A stretch of 64,000 nucleotides of DNA from Sphingomicrobium sp. (lineage in GTDB: Bacteria > Pseudomonadota > Alphaproteobacteria > Sphingomonadales > Sphingomonadaceae), in NCBI GenBank assembly GCA_035699505.1, contig DASSPS010000045.1:731-64730 (forward strand), written 5' to 3'. Shown piece after piece: positions 8,525-18,065 of this stretch (its first letter is position 1; the number at the start of each line of letters is the position of its first letter). Position numbers and translations under genes: made by a program. The notes below the pieces were generated by a model. The model made no database searches. It saw nothing but the letters and a program-made list of their open reading frames with translations, and was not told the DNA's origin.

Positions 8525-9160
8525 TCATTTTCCCTGCTCATCTACTCGCTCCTCTTTTAGGAACCGCTCTAGGTCCTCGACCGACTTCTGTCCGTGAAGA
8601 TAATCAACCATCTTATCAATGCAGCGGTGTGACGCACCCTTTTGTTCATCGTCATCCGTTCCGCCGTTCATGGCGACGCAGGCCTCCTGGAATATCCTGA
8701 ACACACTCCAGAACGCTAACGGTGGATTTACCTCTGTCATCAGCCGAAATGTGCGGCCCATCGCTTCGTCTTGGTTCTCTAGATTCCTCCTATAGCACGA
8801 CCAGTGCATGTCTCGAAGGTTGGCGACCAACTCCAATCGCCGCTTAGCCTTGATGCGGCTAAACTCTTCAGCACCAACACGCTCCGGGCGGCCCACCTGA
8901 TCTCTCAATGAAGCGAGCGCCAATTGGTCCTCTTTCCAGACGAAGAACGGTGCGGCGAGCAAGCGTAGTAGAAGTACGGCCGCAATTGTCGCCACCGTCG
9001 CCGTGGCAATGAGGGCGGCCACATTATCGGGCACTGGCTCGCCGCGCAGCCAAAGCACAGCCGTGATCAATGGGCCGATCATGAACGACAGGCGATCCGT
9101 CAGCAGCAAGCTTCTGCTGAAAGCGAACGCAACCACTAGGCCGATGTAACGCCAAATCAT
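8525..9160 (-). CDS. hypothetical membrane protein (about 3 TM helices plus a roughly 125-aa acidic helical C-terminal domain)
   Basis: ORF 8525-9205 has a TTG start. ATG 9160 is preceded by AGGA at a good spacing. I recognise no domain. It lies inside the IS-bounded unit, convergent with yoeB. Confidence 0.55.
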   Translation of the reverse strand: MIWRYIGLVVAFAFSRSLLLTDRLSFMIGPLITAVLWLRGEPVPDNVAALIATATVATIAAVLLLRLLAAPFFVWKEDQLALASLRDQVGRPERVGAEEFSRIKAKRRLELVANLRDMHWSCYRRNLENQDEAMGRTFRLMTEVNPPLAFWSVFRIFQEACVAMNGGTDDDEQKGASHRCIDKMVDYLHGQKSVEDLERFLKEERVDEQGK

Positions 9161-9255
9161 CGCAGCATCCTGCCCCGTTGCGGCTCCGTTGTGGAGTCCG
9201 GGCAAGATCGCCAGACTTTCGCGGGCCGCACGGTTTCCCTAGTGGAAACACACTA

Positions 9256-9290
9256 CATGACCCTGATACATGTTCAAAGGGTATAACCTC
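9256..9290. repeat. right terminal inverted repeat (IRR)
   Basis: See IRL. The plus strand reads catgaccctgatacatgttcaaagggtataacctc. Confidence 0.65.
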
Positions 9291-9301
9291 GAAACAAGTT
9301 C
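9291..9301. repeat. target-site duplication, right copy (gaaacaagttc)
   Basis: Identical to 6909-6919. Confidence 0.65.
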
Positions 9302-9326
9302 AGGGTGACGGAGGCAGGCAAACCCA

Positions 9327-9992
9327 ATGCTCAAATTGATTATCGGCAATCGCGCTTACTCCAGCTGGTCGATGCGCGGCTGGCTGGCGGTCAAGCATTC
9401 GGGCGAGGAGTTTGAGGAATTCGTCGTTCCCTTGTTCGACGACGAATGGGAAAAGCGGCGCGAAGGCGACGAATTCGCACCGTCGCTGGGCAAGGTGCCG
9501 ATCCTGTGGGACGGCGACTGCGTCGTGTGGGACAGCCTGGCGATTATTGAGTTCCTCGCCGACCGGCACGGACGCAACCTGTTCTGGCCGAATGATGACA
9601 GCGCGCGCGGCATGGCGCGGTCAATGGCGGCGGAAATGCACTCGGGATTTTCGAACCTGCGCCGCGAGCTGCCGATGAACGTCCGCAAAAGCTATCCGCC
9701 ACGCGACATTGCCGACGAGGTCCGGACCGAGATCGACCGGATCATGCAGCTTTGGGCGCAGGCGCGCGCGCGCTTCGGCGGCACCGGCGACTTCCTGTTC
9801 GGCGACTGGTGCGCGGTCGACATCATGTATGCGCCGGTGGTGACGCGCTTCATCACCTATGGCGTCCCAGTCCCGCCCTTCGCGGCGCTCTACATGAAGG
9901 CGGTCCTGTCGCATCCCGACGTCAACGACTGGATCGACAAGGCCCAGGACGAGCCGTGGATCATCGAGCAGTACGAGACCGAGCCTGCCTAA
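9327..9992 (+). CDS. glutathione S-transferase family protein
   Basis: 221 aa with a thioredoxin-like N-terminal domain (YSSWSMRGW..., GKVPILWDGDCVVWDSLAIIEFL) and a helical C-terminal GST domain. Confidence 0.8.
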   Translation: MLKLIIGNRAYSSWSMRGWLAVKHSGEEFEEFVVPLFDDEWEKRREGDEFAPSLGKVPILWDGDCVVWDSLAIIEFLADRHGRNLFWPNDDSARGMARSMAAEMHSGFSNLRRELPMNVRKSYPPRDIADEVRTEIDRIMQLWAQARARFGGTGDFLFGDWCAVDIMYAPVVTRFITYGVPVPPFAALYMKAVLSHPDVNDWIDKAQDEPWIIEQYETEPA

Positions 9993-10435
9993 TAAGGGGT
10001 GCCGTCCTTGTGGACATATTTGTCGTCGGCGGTCCAGCGCATGTCGATGTCGCTATAGGCCCCGGCCCCGCCAGGCCCCGCGCTGACGGCGACAAAGGTA
10101 CACGGCTCGTCCGAACGATTGATCAGATGATGGCCGTTGGGGTCGCCCTTCGGCCAGGCGGCGATATCTCCGGCCCGTAGCTCCGTTTCGCCATCGTCTT
10201 CGATCAATACGGCGGTTCCAGTGAGCATGACCAGCAGCTCGTCGTCCTTTTCATGCCAGTGACGCTGGCTCGACCAGGCGCCGGGGTCCAGGGTAACGTG
10301 ACTGGCGCCCATTTCGGTCAACCGGCCAGGCGGCGCCAGCCGCTTCCACCAGCGTCCAGCGACCGGTTCGTCGAACGGCGCCGGATAGCCCGTTCCGTTG
10401 GAGGCCGGGATGGAATCGAGGTCGATCTTGGGCAT
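9989..10435 (-). CDS. cupin domain-containing protein
   Basis: 148 aa with the cupin motif ...HWHEKDDELLVMLTG...GD..AWPKG..NGHHLIN. Confidence 0.8.
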   Translation of the reverse strand: MPKIDLDSIPASNGTGYPAPFDEPVAGRWWKRLAPPGRLTEMGASHVTLDPGAWSSQRHWHEKDDELLVMLTGTAVLIEDDGETELRAGDIAAWPKGDPNGHHLINRSDEPCTFVAVSAGPGGAGAYSDIDMRWTADDKYVHKDGTPY

Positions 10436-10462
10436 TGCTCCTTCCTTTGCTACGCCGGCAAA

Positions 10463-11587
10463 ATGTCAGTCGACCCAATCGCGCTTGCAGCGGCGCTGAT
10501 CAACTGCCCAAGCGTGACTCCGGCCAGCGGCAAGGTGTTCGACGTGCTGGAAGCGGCGCTCGTCCCGCTCGGCTTCACCATCCATCGCTTCACGCTCGGC
10601 GAGCCGCCCGACGGTCCGACCGAGAATATGGTCGCGATCCGGGGCGACGGCAGGCCGCATTTCGGGTTCGCCGGCCATCTCGACGTGGTTCCAGCCGGCG
10701 ACGGCTGGACCAGCGACCCGTTCGAGGCGCGGCTCGAGGACGGCCTGCTGATCGGCCGCGGCGCCAACGATATGAAGAGCGCCATCGCCGCCTTCGTCGC
10801 CGCCGTCAGCCGGGTCGAGCAACGGCATGGCACCCTGTCACTTCTGATCACCGGCGACGAGGAAGGCTATGCCACCTACGGCACGCCGCGGATCATCGAC
10901 TGGCTGAACGAACGGTCGATCCGGCCGGACATGGTCCTGATCGGCGAGCCGACGTCGGTCGACCGGCTAGGCGATACGGTCAAGATCGGCCGGCGCGGGT
11001 CGGTCAACATGTGGATCGAGGTGCCTGGCATGCAGGGCCACGTCGCCTACCCGCACCGCGCCGACAATCCGGTGCCCAGGCTGGCCAGGGTGATTGCGGC
11101 CCTCGACGCCCTGCACCTCGACGACGGGACCGAGGCCTTTCCACCGTCGAACCTCGAATTCACCGCCATTTCGACTCCCACCCAGGCCAGCAACGTCATT
11201 CCCGGCTCGGCGACGGCGCAGCTCAACATCCGCTTCAACAATCTGCAGCGCGGCGAGGATCTCGTCCGGCTGGTGCAGGAAATCGCCGAGCGCGAGGCGC
11301 CGGGCGCCAAGGTCACCGCCCGCATTTCGGGCGAAGCCTTCCTGACCCCGCCCGGGCCGCTCTACGACCTGGTGGTCGATTCCATCCGGGAGGAAACCGG
11401 CGCCGCGCCGGAGCTATCAACCAGCGGCGGCACGTCGGACGGGCGCTTCCTCATCCAGCTGTGCCCAGTGGTCGACTTCGGCCTGCCCAACGCGACGATG
11501 CACAAGGTTGGCGAATGCGCGGCCCTCGACGACATCCGCCAGCTGTCGCGGATCTACGAGCGGATCCTGACGAAGGTCGTCGGCTAA
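10463..11587 (+). CDS. dapE: succinyl-diaminopimelate desuccinylase
   Basis: MSVDPIALAAALINCPSVTP..., with M20 peptidase motifs HLDVVPAG, GRGANDMK and ITGDEEG. The start is ATG 10463, within the longer ORF. Confidence 0.93.
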   Translation: MSVDPIALAAALINCPSVTPASGKVFDVLEAALVPLGFTIHRFTLGEPPDGPTENMVAIRGDGRPHFGFAGHLDVVPAGDGWTSDPFEARLEDGLLIGRGANDMKSAIAAFVAAVSRVEQRHGTLSLLITGDEEGYATYGTPRIIDWLNERSIRPDMVLIGEPTSVDRLGDTVKIGRRGSVNMWIEVPGMQGHVAYPHRADNPVPRLARVIAALDALHLDDGTEAFPPSNLEFTAISTPTQASNVIPGSATAQLNIRFNNLQRGEDLVRLVQEIAEREAPGAKVTARISGEAFLTPPGPLYDLVVDSIREETGAAPELSTSGGTSDGRFLIQLCPVVDFGLPNATMHKVGECAALDDIRQLSRIYERILTKVVG

Positions 11588-13314
11588 GCGACTGACCGGT
11601 TGCCGGTTTCGGTGCGACCGAGCCAGTTCAGGTAATCCGCTTCGATCATTGGCTCGGCGAACAGGTAGCCCTGGACCGTCTGGCAGCCCATCGCTTTCAG
11701 GATGTCCGCCTGCCCTGCATTCTCGACCGCCTCGGCGACCACTTCGCAGCCGACTCCGTGGATCAGCTGGATGACGGCCTGGACGATGACCCGGGCGCGC
11801 TCGCAGGTTTCGAGATCGGCAATCAGAGACGGGTCGAGCTTGACCCGGTCGAGCGGCATAGTCCGAAGCCGCGCCAGGTTCGAATAGCCGGTGCCGAAAT
11901 CGTCGATGGCGATGGTCGCGCCGTCGTTGCGGAGGGCGGCGATCTCCGCGATCACGCTTTCGCTGGCCTGCATCGCCGCGGTCTCGGTGAACTCCAGCTC
12001 CACCCGGGAGAAGGGCACGTTCTGTTCGGCGAAGGCCTGGCGGAGGCGCGTGAAAAAATCGGCGCGGTCCAGCTGGCGCGGACTGACGTTGAACGCCACG
12101 CGCTTGCCCACCCCCTCGCGGTGCCAACTACCGGCCATCGCCGCGATCTCGTTGATCACCCAGTCGCCAATATCGGAGATGAGGCCGGTCTGTTCGGCAA
12201 TGGGTATGAAGGTGCTGGGCAGGCGCATGCCATCGCGGGGGTGCTTCCAGCGGAGAAGCGCTTCGACGCCCACGCTTTCGCCCGTGCCAAGGCTGACTTG
12301 CGGCTGCAGGGCAAGGATGAACTCGTCGCGCTGGACGGCCTCCGTCAGCGCCTTTTCCGTGTCGATCTTGGCCTGATGCTCGGCGGCGAGCGCGCTGTTG
12401 AACAGGCAGTGCTGGCCGCCGCCGTTCCCCTTGGCCCGGTACATGGCGATGTCCGCGGCGCGCATCAGGGATTCGATGCTTGTCCCATGGTCCGGGCTGA
12501 TTGCAACGCCGATCGACGCGCCAATGTCGACGCTGTGGCCATAAAGCTCGAACGGTTCGGAAATGGCGACCGCAATACGCCGCGCCACCCGCTCGATGTC
12601 CGGAACCGACCTGATCGACGAGAAGAACATGGTGAATTCGTCGCCGGCAAGGCGGGCCAGCAGCGGCCGGCGCTGCACGCCTTCGGAAAGCTCGGCAGTA
12701 ACGACGACCCGAAGCCGGTTGGCGACCATGATCAGCAGCTGATCGCCGCGGGCGTGCCCAAGGCTGTCATTGACCATCTTGAACCGGTCGAGATCGACGA
12801 ACAGCATTGCCGCCCTGGCGCCATCGGGAGTCTCGCCGAGCATCTTGTCGGCTTCTGACCGGAAGTGGAGCCGGTTGGGCAGCGAAGTGACCGGATCGTA
12901 CATGCCGAGCGCATGGGCATTTTCGATCGACGTGCGCACTTCGGCGAAGAGGGTGTCGACGGCCGTGGCAAGCTTGGGATTCGACTGGCGCAGCGACGCC
13001 GGCGCCGGCGACACCAGGTCGCCGTCCTCCACCGCCAGAAGGCGATCGGCAAGTGCGGACAGAGCGCGGGCGCTCTCGCTGTTGGGCCGTTCCGAGGCGA
13101 CGTAGCTGATCAGCAGGCAGAAGGCGCCGGCGACGATCGATGCGACGATCTGCTCGTTAAACTCGCGAATGTAGAGGAACGCGGTCAGCGAGAAGATGAA
13201 GGACGCGATCCCGGCCGCGCTGGACAGCAGCGCGTTGCTGAGTTTCTGGGCTTTTCCTGACTTCATGCTTGCTGATCGCGTGCCCGTCCGGCGAACCATC
13301 TTTCGCCACGGCAA
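11584..13314 (-). CDS. membrane-anchored GGDEF/EAL domain protein (c-di-GMP turnover)
   Basis: N-terminal TM helices. The GGDEF domain has the variant motif AGDEF, and the EAL domain has EALLRW, DDFGTGYSNL and QGYLF. The start is uncertain (M1, M6 or M17). Confidence 0.88.
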   Translation of the reverse strand: MPWRKMVRRTGTRSASMKSGKAQKLSNALLSSAAGIASFIFSLTAFLYIREFNEQIVASIVAGAFCLLISYVASERPNSESARALSALADRLLAVEDGDLVSPAPASLRQSNPKLATAVDTLFAEVRTSIENAHALGMYDPVTSLPNRLHFRSEADKMLGETPDGARAAMLFVDLDRFKMVNDSLGHARGDQLLIMVANRLRVVVTAELSEGVQRRPLLARLAGDEFTMFFSSIRSVPDIERVARRIAVAISEPFELYGHSVDIGASIGVAISPDHGTSIESLMRAADIAMYRAKGNGGGQHCLFNSALAAEHQAKIDTEKALTEAVQRDEFILALQPQVSLGTGESVGVEALLRWKHPRDGMRLPSTFIPIAEQTGLISDIGDWVINEIAAMAGSWHREGVGKRVAFNVSPRQLDRADFFTRLRQAFAEQNVPFSRVELEFTETAAMQASESVIAEIAALRNDGATIAIDDFGTGYSNLARLRTMPLDRVKLDPSLIADLETCERARVIVQAVIQLIHGVGCEVVAEAVENAGQADILKAMGCQTVQGYLFAEPMIEADYLNWLGRTETGNRSVA

Positions 13315-13368
13315 ACGCGTTAAACGGGATGGGTTAACAAAGGGTGGAACCCGGCCTGCAAATCAGCC

Positions 13369-13896
13369 TTAATGCCGGCGAAGCACGATATAGAGGCTGC
13401 CGCCGCCGCCATGGCGGCGATGCGCGCCCCGCACTGCGGCGATCCGGCGGGCATGGCGCGACGCCGCCAGCCAGTCGTGGACGGCGGCGCGGATCCTGCC
13501 GCGCTGCACCGGCGGCTCTCCCGGCCGGGCGTGGCCCGTAATCAGCAGCACGACGCGGTCGCCGCGCGCGATCGCCTGGTCGAGCCCGCGATCGATCGCG
13601 GTCCAGGCCTGGTCGAGATTGTGGCCGTGCAGGTCGATGATCCGGTCAGGCTTGATCGAGCCGCTTTTCAACCGCCGGTCCCAGCTTCCGTCAAGGGTTG
13701 TCCCGGGGCTTGGCCGGCCCGCATCGACGACGGGCCGACGGGCCTGAGGATGCGGTCTCGCGGCGGGCTTGACCGTCTCCTCTTCCGGATGTTTTTCAGG
13801 TATTTCGATTAGGTCTCTAAGATCGCGTGACAGCGGTCTAATGGTGGCCGTGACGCGCGACCAAAGGGCCCGCTCATCAGGGCTGAGCGAGCGCAC
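13369..13896 (-). CDS. Smr/MutS2 C-terminal domain protein
   Basis: IDLHGHNLDQAW...VVLLITGHA..., a Smr domain at the C-terminus. Confidence 0.85.
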   Translation of the reverse strand: MRSLSPDERALWSRVTATIRPLSRDLRDLIEIPEKHPEEETVKPAARPHPQARRPVVDAGRPSPGTTLDGSWDRRLKSGSIKPDRIIDLHGHNLDQAWTAIDRGLDQAIARGDRVVLLITGHARPGEPPVQRGRIRAAVHDWLAASRHARRIAAVRGAHRRHGGGGSLYIVLRRH

Positions 13897-15073
13897 GGGC
13901 TACCGCGCCCCTGGGAAGCAGCAGGAGAGCCGACCCCGGCGAGGCCATGCCGCCGGCGATGCTCGTGGCATAGGGCCCCGCCCCCCAGAACGTATCGAAA
14001 CGGTTGGCGCCCTTGATCGCGCCGCCGGTGTCCTGGGCGACCCAGAGGCCGCTTGCTTCCGGCCGCTCCATGGACAGGAAGACGGGCGCCCCGAGCGGGA
14101 CGAACAGGGGATCGGCGGCGACCGATGCCCGAGGCGTGACTGCTACCCCCATGGCGCCGAGAGGTCCGGGGCCGGTCAGTTCGCGGAAGAAAATATATGA
14201 GAGGTTCTCGCGCATCAGCGCGCGACCCTCTTCCGGATTGGCCTTGATCCACTGGACGATGGCCTGCATCGAGGCGCCGCCCGGCGGCAGGATGCCTCGT
14301 TCGCGCAGCAGTCGGCCGATGGCGACATAGTCGCGCCCGTTCTGGTCGGCATAGCCGATGCGCATGACGCTGCCGTCCGCCATCCGCACGCGGCCGGATC
14401 CTTGAATCTGCAGGAAAAAGAGCTCCACCGGGTCGGCCGCCCAGGCGAGTTCAAGGCCCTTGTTGGCGAGCGCGCCGTCCTCGATTTCGGCACGGGTGAA
14501 ATAAAGGACGCACTGGTTGGTTTCGTCGTAGCGCCCGCGTCCGGTCGTGCCGTCGGCCTTGGTGCAGCGGATCAGATCGGGGGGCGTGCGGTAGATGGGG
14601 ACGTAGCCCGGCAGCGGCGTGCGCGAGCCGGCGATCTCCGGTTCGTAATAGCCGGTGGCGAACGCCTTGCCGTCGCCGACGCGGACCCAGTCAAAGCGGT
14701 CGCGGAAGAAGGCGGCCGCGGTGCCGGCCGGAAGCACCGCGGCGTCGGCGCACAGCTGGCTCCAGTCACCGGGCTGGGTTAGGCTGCTGCGGTCCTGGCG
14801 GCGCATCAGCTGCGGACAGCTGATCCGGAAAGCGGCCAGGGCTCGGGCGGCGTCCGCCTCCGCCAACACGGTCGGCGCAGGGACGACAGAAACGCCGGCC
14901 TCGAGCGCATTTGCGGGTGGCGGCGGAGCAGGCGGGGGCGGAATTGGCGCTGGCGGTGATGGAGTCGGCGCCGGAGCAGGTGCGGGCGTCGTCGGCGGAA
15001 GAACCGGCCGGCTGGCGCAAGCCGTCAGAATCGCCAGCGACGCCAGCGCGAGGAACCGGGGTACGGCCCTCAT
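13877..15073 (-). CDS. mltA: murein transglycosylase A (lipoprotein)
   Basis: Lipobox LTAC, a Pro/Ala-rich linker, MltA-specific and 3D domains (FFLQIQGSGRV, DTGGAIKG). Confidence 0.9.
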   Translation of the reverse strand: MRAVPRFLALASLAILTACASRPVLPPTTPAPAPAPTPSPPAPIPPPPAPPPPANALEAGVSVVPAPTVLAEADAARALAAFRISCPQLMRRQDRSSLTQPGDWSQLCADAAVLPAGTAAAFFRDRFDWVRVGDGKAFATGYYEPEIAGSRTPLPGYVPIYRTPPDLIRCTKADGTTGRGRYDETNQCVLYFTRAEIEDGALANKGLELAWAADPVELFFLQIQGSGRVRMADGSVMRIGYADQNGRDYVAIGRLLRERGILPPGGASMQAIVQWIKANPEEGRALMRENLSYIFFRELTGPGPLGAMGVAVTPRASVAADPLFVPLGAPVFLSMERPEASGLWVAQDTGGAIKGANRFDTFWGAGPYATSIAGGMASPGSALLLLPRGAVARALAQP

Positions 15074-15723
15074 TCTTCTTCGTCGGTCTCGATCAGCAGC
15101 CAGTTAGGATCGCGCGAGGCAATGTCCCGGCGGAAAGTCCACAAGTCGCGGGTCTGCACTGCGTCGCTGAGCGATCCGGCAACCACTTCACCGTCCCGAT
15201 TGCGGGTAACGGCGGCGATATCGGCCTCAAAGCGAACCGTGACGACGGCGACACTCTTGTCCAGAGTCGCTTCGGCAATGACCGCCTGCTCGATCACGAC
15301 AAGGCGATTGTCGAGCGTCAGGCCGGCTTTCTCGCGCTCCGCGACGGCGGCGGCGAATGCGTCATAGACATGCTGGTCGACATGGGGCCGGATGGCGTCA
15401 AGATCGCCCTTCCAAAAAGCTTCAAGGATCATCTTGTAGGCCGCCTTGCCGCCTTCCAGGAAGCGGGCGACATCGAACGTCGGGTCGGCTGCGAGCAAGG
15501 CGCGAACGCCGGGCCCGGCCAACGGCAGGAACGCCATGTCGGACGAATCTGAGGCGGTTGACGGGGGATTGGCGGGATGGGCGGCGCGGGGTTCGATCAC
15601 CGCTTCCGGATCGGCCGGCTTGAGGATGGGCTGCTGTTCATGCCCGGTGCGCTCGCCAAGCACGCTGTACAGGCGAAGGCCGATGAACAGGGCAATGAGA
15701 GCGAGGATGACGATGACGGTCAA
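15070..15723 (-). CDS. Tim44-like domain protein
   Basis: An N-terminal TM helix and a C-terminal Tim44-like fold. It sits in the conserved alphaproteobacterial neighbourhood next to secB and mltA. Confidence 0.8.
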   Translation of the reverse strand: MTVIVILALIALFIGLRLYSVLGERTGHEQQPILKPADPEAVIEPRAAHPANPPSTASDSSDMAFLPLAGPGVRALLAADPTFDVARFLEGGKAAYKMILEAFWKGDLDAIRPHVDQHVYDAFAAAVAEREKAGLTLDNRLVVIEQAVIAEATLDKSVAVVTVRFEADIAAVTRNRDGEVVAGSLSDAVQTRDLWTFRRDIASRDPNWLLIETDEEE

Positions 15724-15926
15724 GCTTGCAATTCCAATCCTAGTGTCGCGCCAACATAATGCGGGCGGCCGCCATATTCAAAGCCCGTAGCCGCTGAACA
15801 CCGCCTGAGCGTCGCCCGGCGGCATTGCACGAGGTTTTGGGCGCTGCTAGGCGCGCTTTCGAAACGCACCCGGAGCTTTCCGGGTCCGTTAGCCAATCCA
15901 CCAGAACAGGCAAGGCGAGACTTACC

Positions 15927-16481
15927 ATGGCCGACCAGGACCCCGGCACCCAGAGCAACGGCTCGGGAATGCCCGAAAGCGCCCCGCAGGCGGCGACGCT
16001 TGCGCAATATATCAAGGATTTGTCGGTCGAGAGCCCGAACGCGCCGGCCTGCTTTCAATGGCAGAGCCAACCGCAGCTCGATGTTCAGTTCAACATCGCC
16101 GTCGACCGGGTTGCCGACGAGGTCCACGAAGTCGTCCTGAAGGTCGAGGTCTCGGCCAAGTCCGACCAGGGCGTCCATTTTCTGATCGACCTCAGCTACG
16201 CGGGGCTGTTCGGGCTTCGCAACATCCCCGAAGACGCGTTGCCGCCGTTCCTGCTGATGGAGGCGCCGCGCCTGATCTTCCCGTTCGCCCGGCAGATCAT
16301 CAGCGACGCATCGCAGCAGATGGGCTTTCCGGCGCTGATGCTAGACCCGATCGACTTCAGCCAGGCCTATATGGCGCAGCTCGAGGCGCTCGAGGCGCAG
16401 GCGCAGGCGCAAGGCGCGGGCGCAAACGGCAACGGCGCCACGACGCAGCCGGCCGCCGAGGCCCCGGCCGACGACGATTAA
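15927..16481 (+). CDS. secB: protein-export chaperone SecB
   Basis: ...LAQYIKDLSVESPNAP...LMEAPRLIFPFARQIISD.... The start is ATG 15927, within the longer ORF. Confidence 0.92.
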   Translation: MADQDPGTQSNGSGMPESAPQAATLAQYIKDLSVESPNAPACFQWQSQPQLDVQFNIAVDRVADEVHEVVLKVEVSAKSDQGVHFLIDLSYAGLFGLRNIPEDALPPFLLMEAPRLIFPFARQIISDASQQMGFPALMLDPIDFSQAYMAQLEALEAQAQAQGAGANGNGATTQPAAEAPADDD

Positions 16482-16502
16482 GCTGACAAGCGAGCCGACG
16501 CC

Positions 16503-18065
16503 GTGAACCTGATCAAGGCCGGCGGCACGATCGGCGGACTGACGCTGGTCAGCCGGATTCTGGGTTTTGCCCGGGAGATGGCCTTTGCCCGAATCATGGG
16601 CGCGACGGCCGCCGCGGAAGTCTTCATCTGGGCCTTCCAGCTTCCCAACCTGCTCCGCCGCCTGCTTGGCGAAGGCGCGTTTAGCCAGGGCTTCGTGCCC
16701 TTGTTCGCGCGCCGGGTCGGCAAGGACGGCAGCGTGGAGGAGGCCAGGCGCTTCGCCGAGGAAGTGCAGGCGGTCTTCCTGCCGGCGCTGATCCTGATCA
16801 CAATCCTGTTCATCATCGCCATGCCGGCGGTGGTCATTGCGGTTGCCAGCGAACGGTGGACCGAGGATCCGGCGAAATTCAGCTTCACCGTCCTCCTCAC
16901 CCAGATCACCTTCCCCTATCTGATCTTCATCAGCATGGTGTCGCTGTTCAGCGGCATCCTGAATTCCCTGTCCCGCTTCTTCGCAGCGGCCTTCGCGCCG
17001 GCTTTGCTCAACGTCGCGCTGCTGGGCGCCCTGCTGATTGTCCCCGAGGGCGGTGAAACGACCGCCGTGGCGATGGCCTGGGCGGTGCTGGCCGGCGGCG
17101 TCATGCAGCTTGCGCTGACCGTCATCGCCACCCGGCGGGCGGGCCTGTCGCTGCGGTTCCTGCCGCCGAAGATGACTCCCGGAGTCAAGGAATTGCTGAT
17201 CCTGATCCTGCCGGCGACGATCGGCGCCGGCGGCTATTACATCAGCCAATTGTTCTACGCATATTTTGCGACGCGGCTGCCGGAAGGCAGTTTCGTCTAT
17301 CTCAGCCAGGCCGATCGCCTGAACCAGCTGCCCCTGGCCCTGATCGGATCGGCGATAGGCACCGCGATCCTGCCGGCAATCAGCCGCCACATCGGCATCG
17401 GCGAAGACGCTCAAGCGGCCAACGTCCAGGGCCGGGCGATGGAACTGGCGATGCTGCTTACAATCCCGGCCACCATTGCCCTGATGGTCGCGGCCGGACC
17501 GATCATGACCGTGCTGTTCGAAGGCGGCCGCTTCTCGGCCGAGGATGCGGCAACCTCCGCCCTTGTCCTGTCGATCCTGGCCGCCGGCCTGCCGGCCTAT
17601 GTGATGATCAAGGTGTTCGCCCCCGGCTTCTACGCCCGCAAGGACATGAAGACCCCGGTCGTCATCACCCTCGTCACCCTGGCCCTGGGGGTTGTCGCCA
17701 ACTTCATCTGGATCGACGATTATGGGATCATCGTCCTGCCGCTGACAACCGCCGTTGCAGCGTGGCTCAACGCCGTTGCCCTTTATGTCCTGCTCGTGAA
17801 GAACGGCCATTTCCGGGTCGAAGGCTGGCTTGCCTCCCGACTCGTTCGGCAGCTCGGCGCAGCGCTGGCGATGGGCGGGACCATCTGGGGCGTTGGCCTG
17901 GGGCTTGAGGACTGGTTCGCCGGGTCCGTCGGCGAAAGGCTGCTCGGCACGATCGCCCTCGTCGGCGCCGGAAGCCTCGTCTATTTCGTGCTGGCGTGGG
18001 TGACCGGCGGGATGGACAAGGATGATCTGCTGGTCCTGATGCGCCGGAAGAAGGTCGAGGAATGA
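16503..18065 (+). CDS. murJ: lipid II flippase MurJ
   Basis: 520 aa, polytopic, MviN/MurJ family ([17 protein letters not shown]...). The start codon is GTG. Confidence 0.93.
   Translation: MNLIKAGGTIGGLTLVSRILGFAREMAFARIMGATAAAEVFIWAFQLPNLLRRLLGEGAFSQGFVPLFARRVGKDGSVEEARRFAEEVQAVFLPALILITILFIIAMPAVVIAVASERWTEDPAKFSFTVLLTQITFPYLIFISMVSLFSGILNSLSRFFAAAFAPALLNVALLGALLIVPEGGETTAVAMAWAVLAGGVMQLALTVIATRRAGLSLRFLPPKMTPGVKELLILILPATIGAGGYYISQLFYAYFATRLPEGSFVYLSQADRLNQLPLALIGSAIGTAILPAISRHIGIGEDAQAANVQGRAMELAMLLTIPATIALMVAAGPIMTVLFEGGRFSAEDAATSALVLSILAAGLPAYVMIKVFAPGFYARKDMKTPVVITLVTLALGVVANFIWIDDYGIIVLPLTTAVAAWLNAVALYVLLVKNGHFRVEGWLASRLVRQLGAALAMGGTIWGVGLGLEDWFAGSVGERLLGTIALVGAGSLVYFVLAWVTGGMDKDDLLVLMRRKKVEE

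Larger units (their letters stand above)
6920..9290 (+). mobile_element. IS1595-family cargo-carrying insertion element (transposase + yefM/yoeB + orphan membrane protein)
   Basis: Imperfect terminal inverted repeats, a flanking 11-bp direct repeat, visibly lower GC than the flanks, and interruption of a palindromic REP whose two halves rejoin cleanly when the element is removed. Confidence 0.7.

Noticed and set aside
10435-11595. 386-aa alternate-frame ORF on the plus strand
   Set aside because: It is on the same strand as dapE but out of frame. It is extremely Arg/Pro/Gly-rich, whereas dapE carries M20 peptidase motifs.
16341-17810. 489-aa ORF on the minus strand
   Set aside because: It is entirely antisense to murJ and has an Arg/Gly/Asp/Gln-rich, repetitive composition. 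This is the typical shadow ORF of a high-GC gene.
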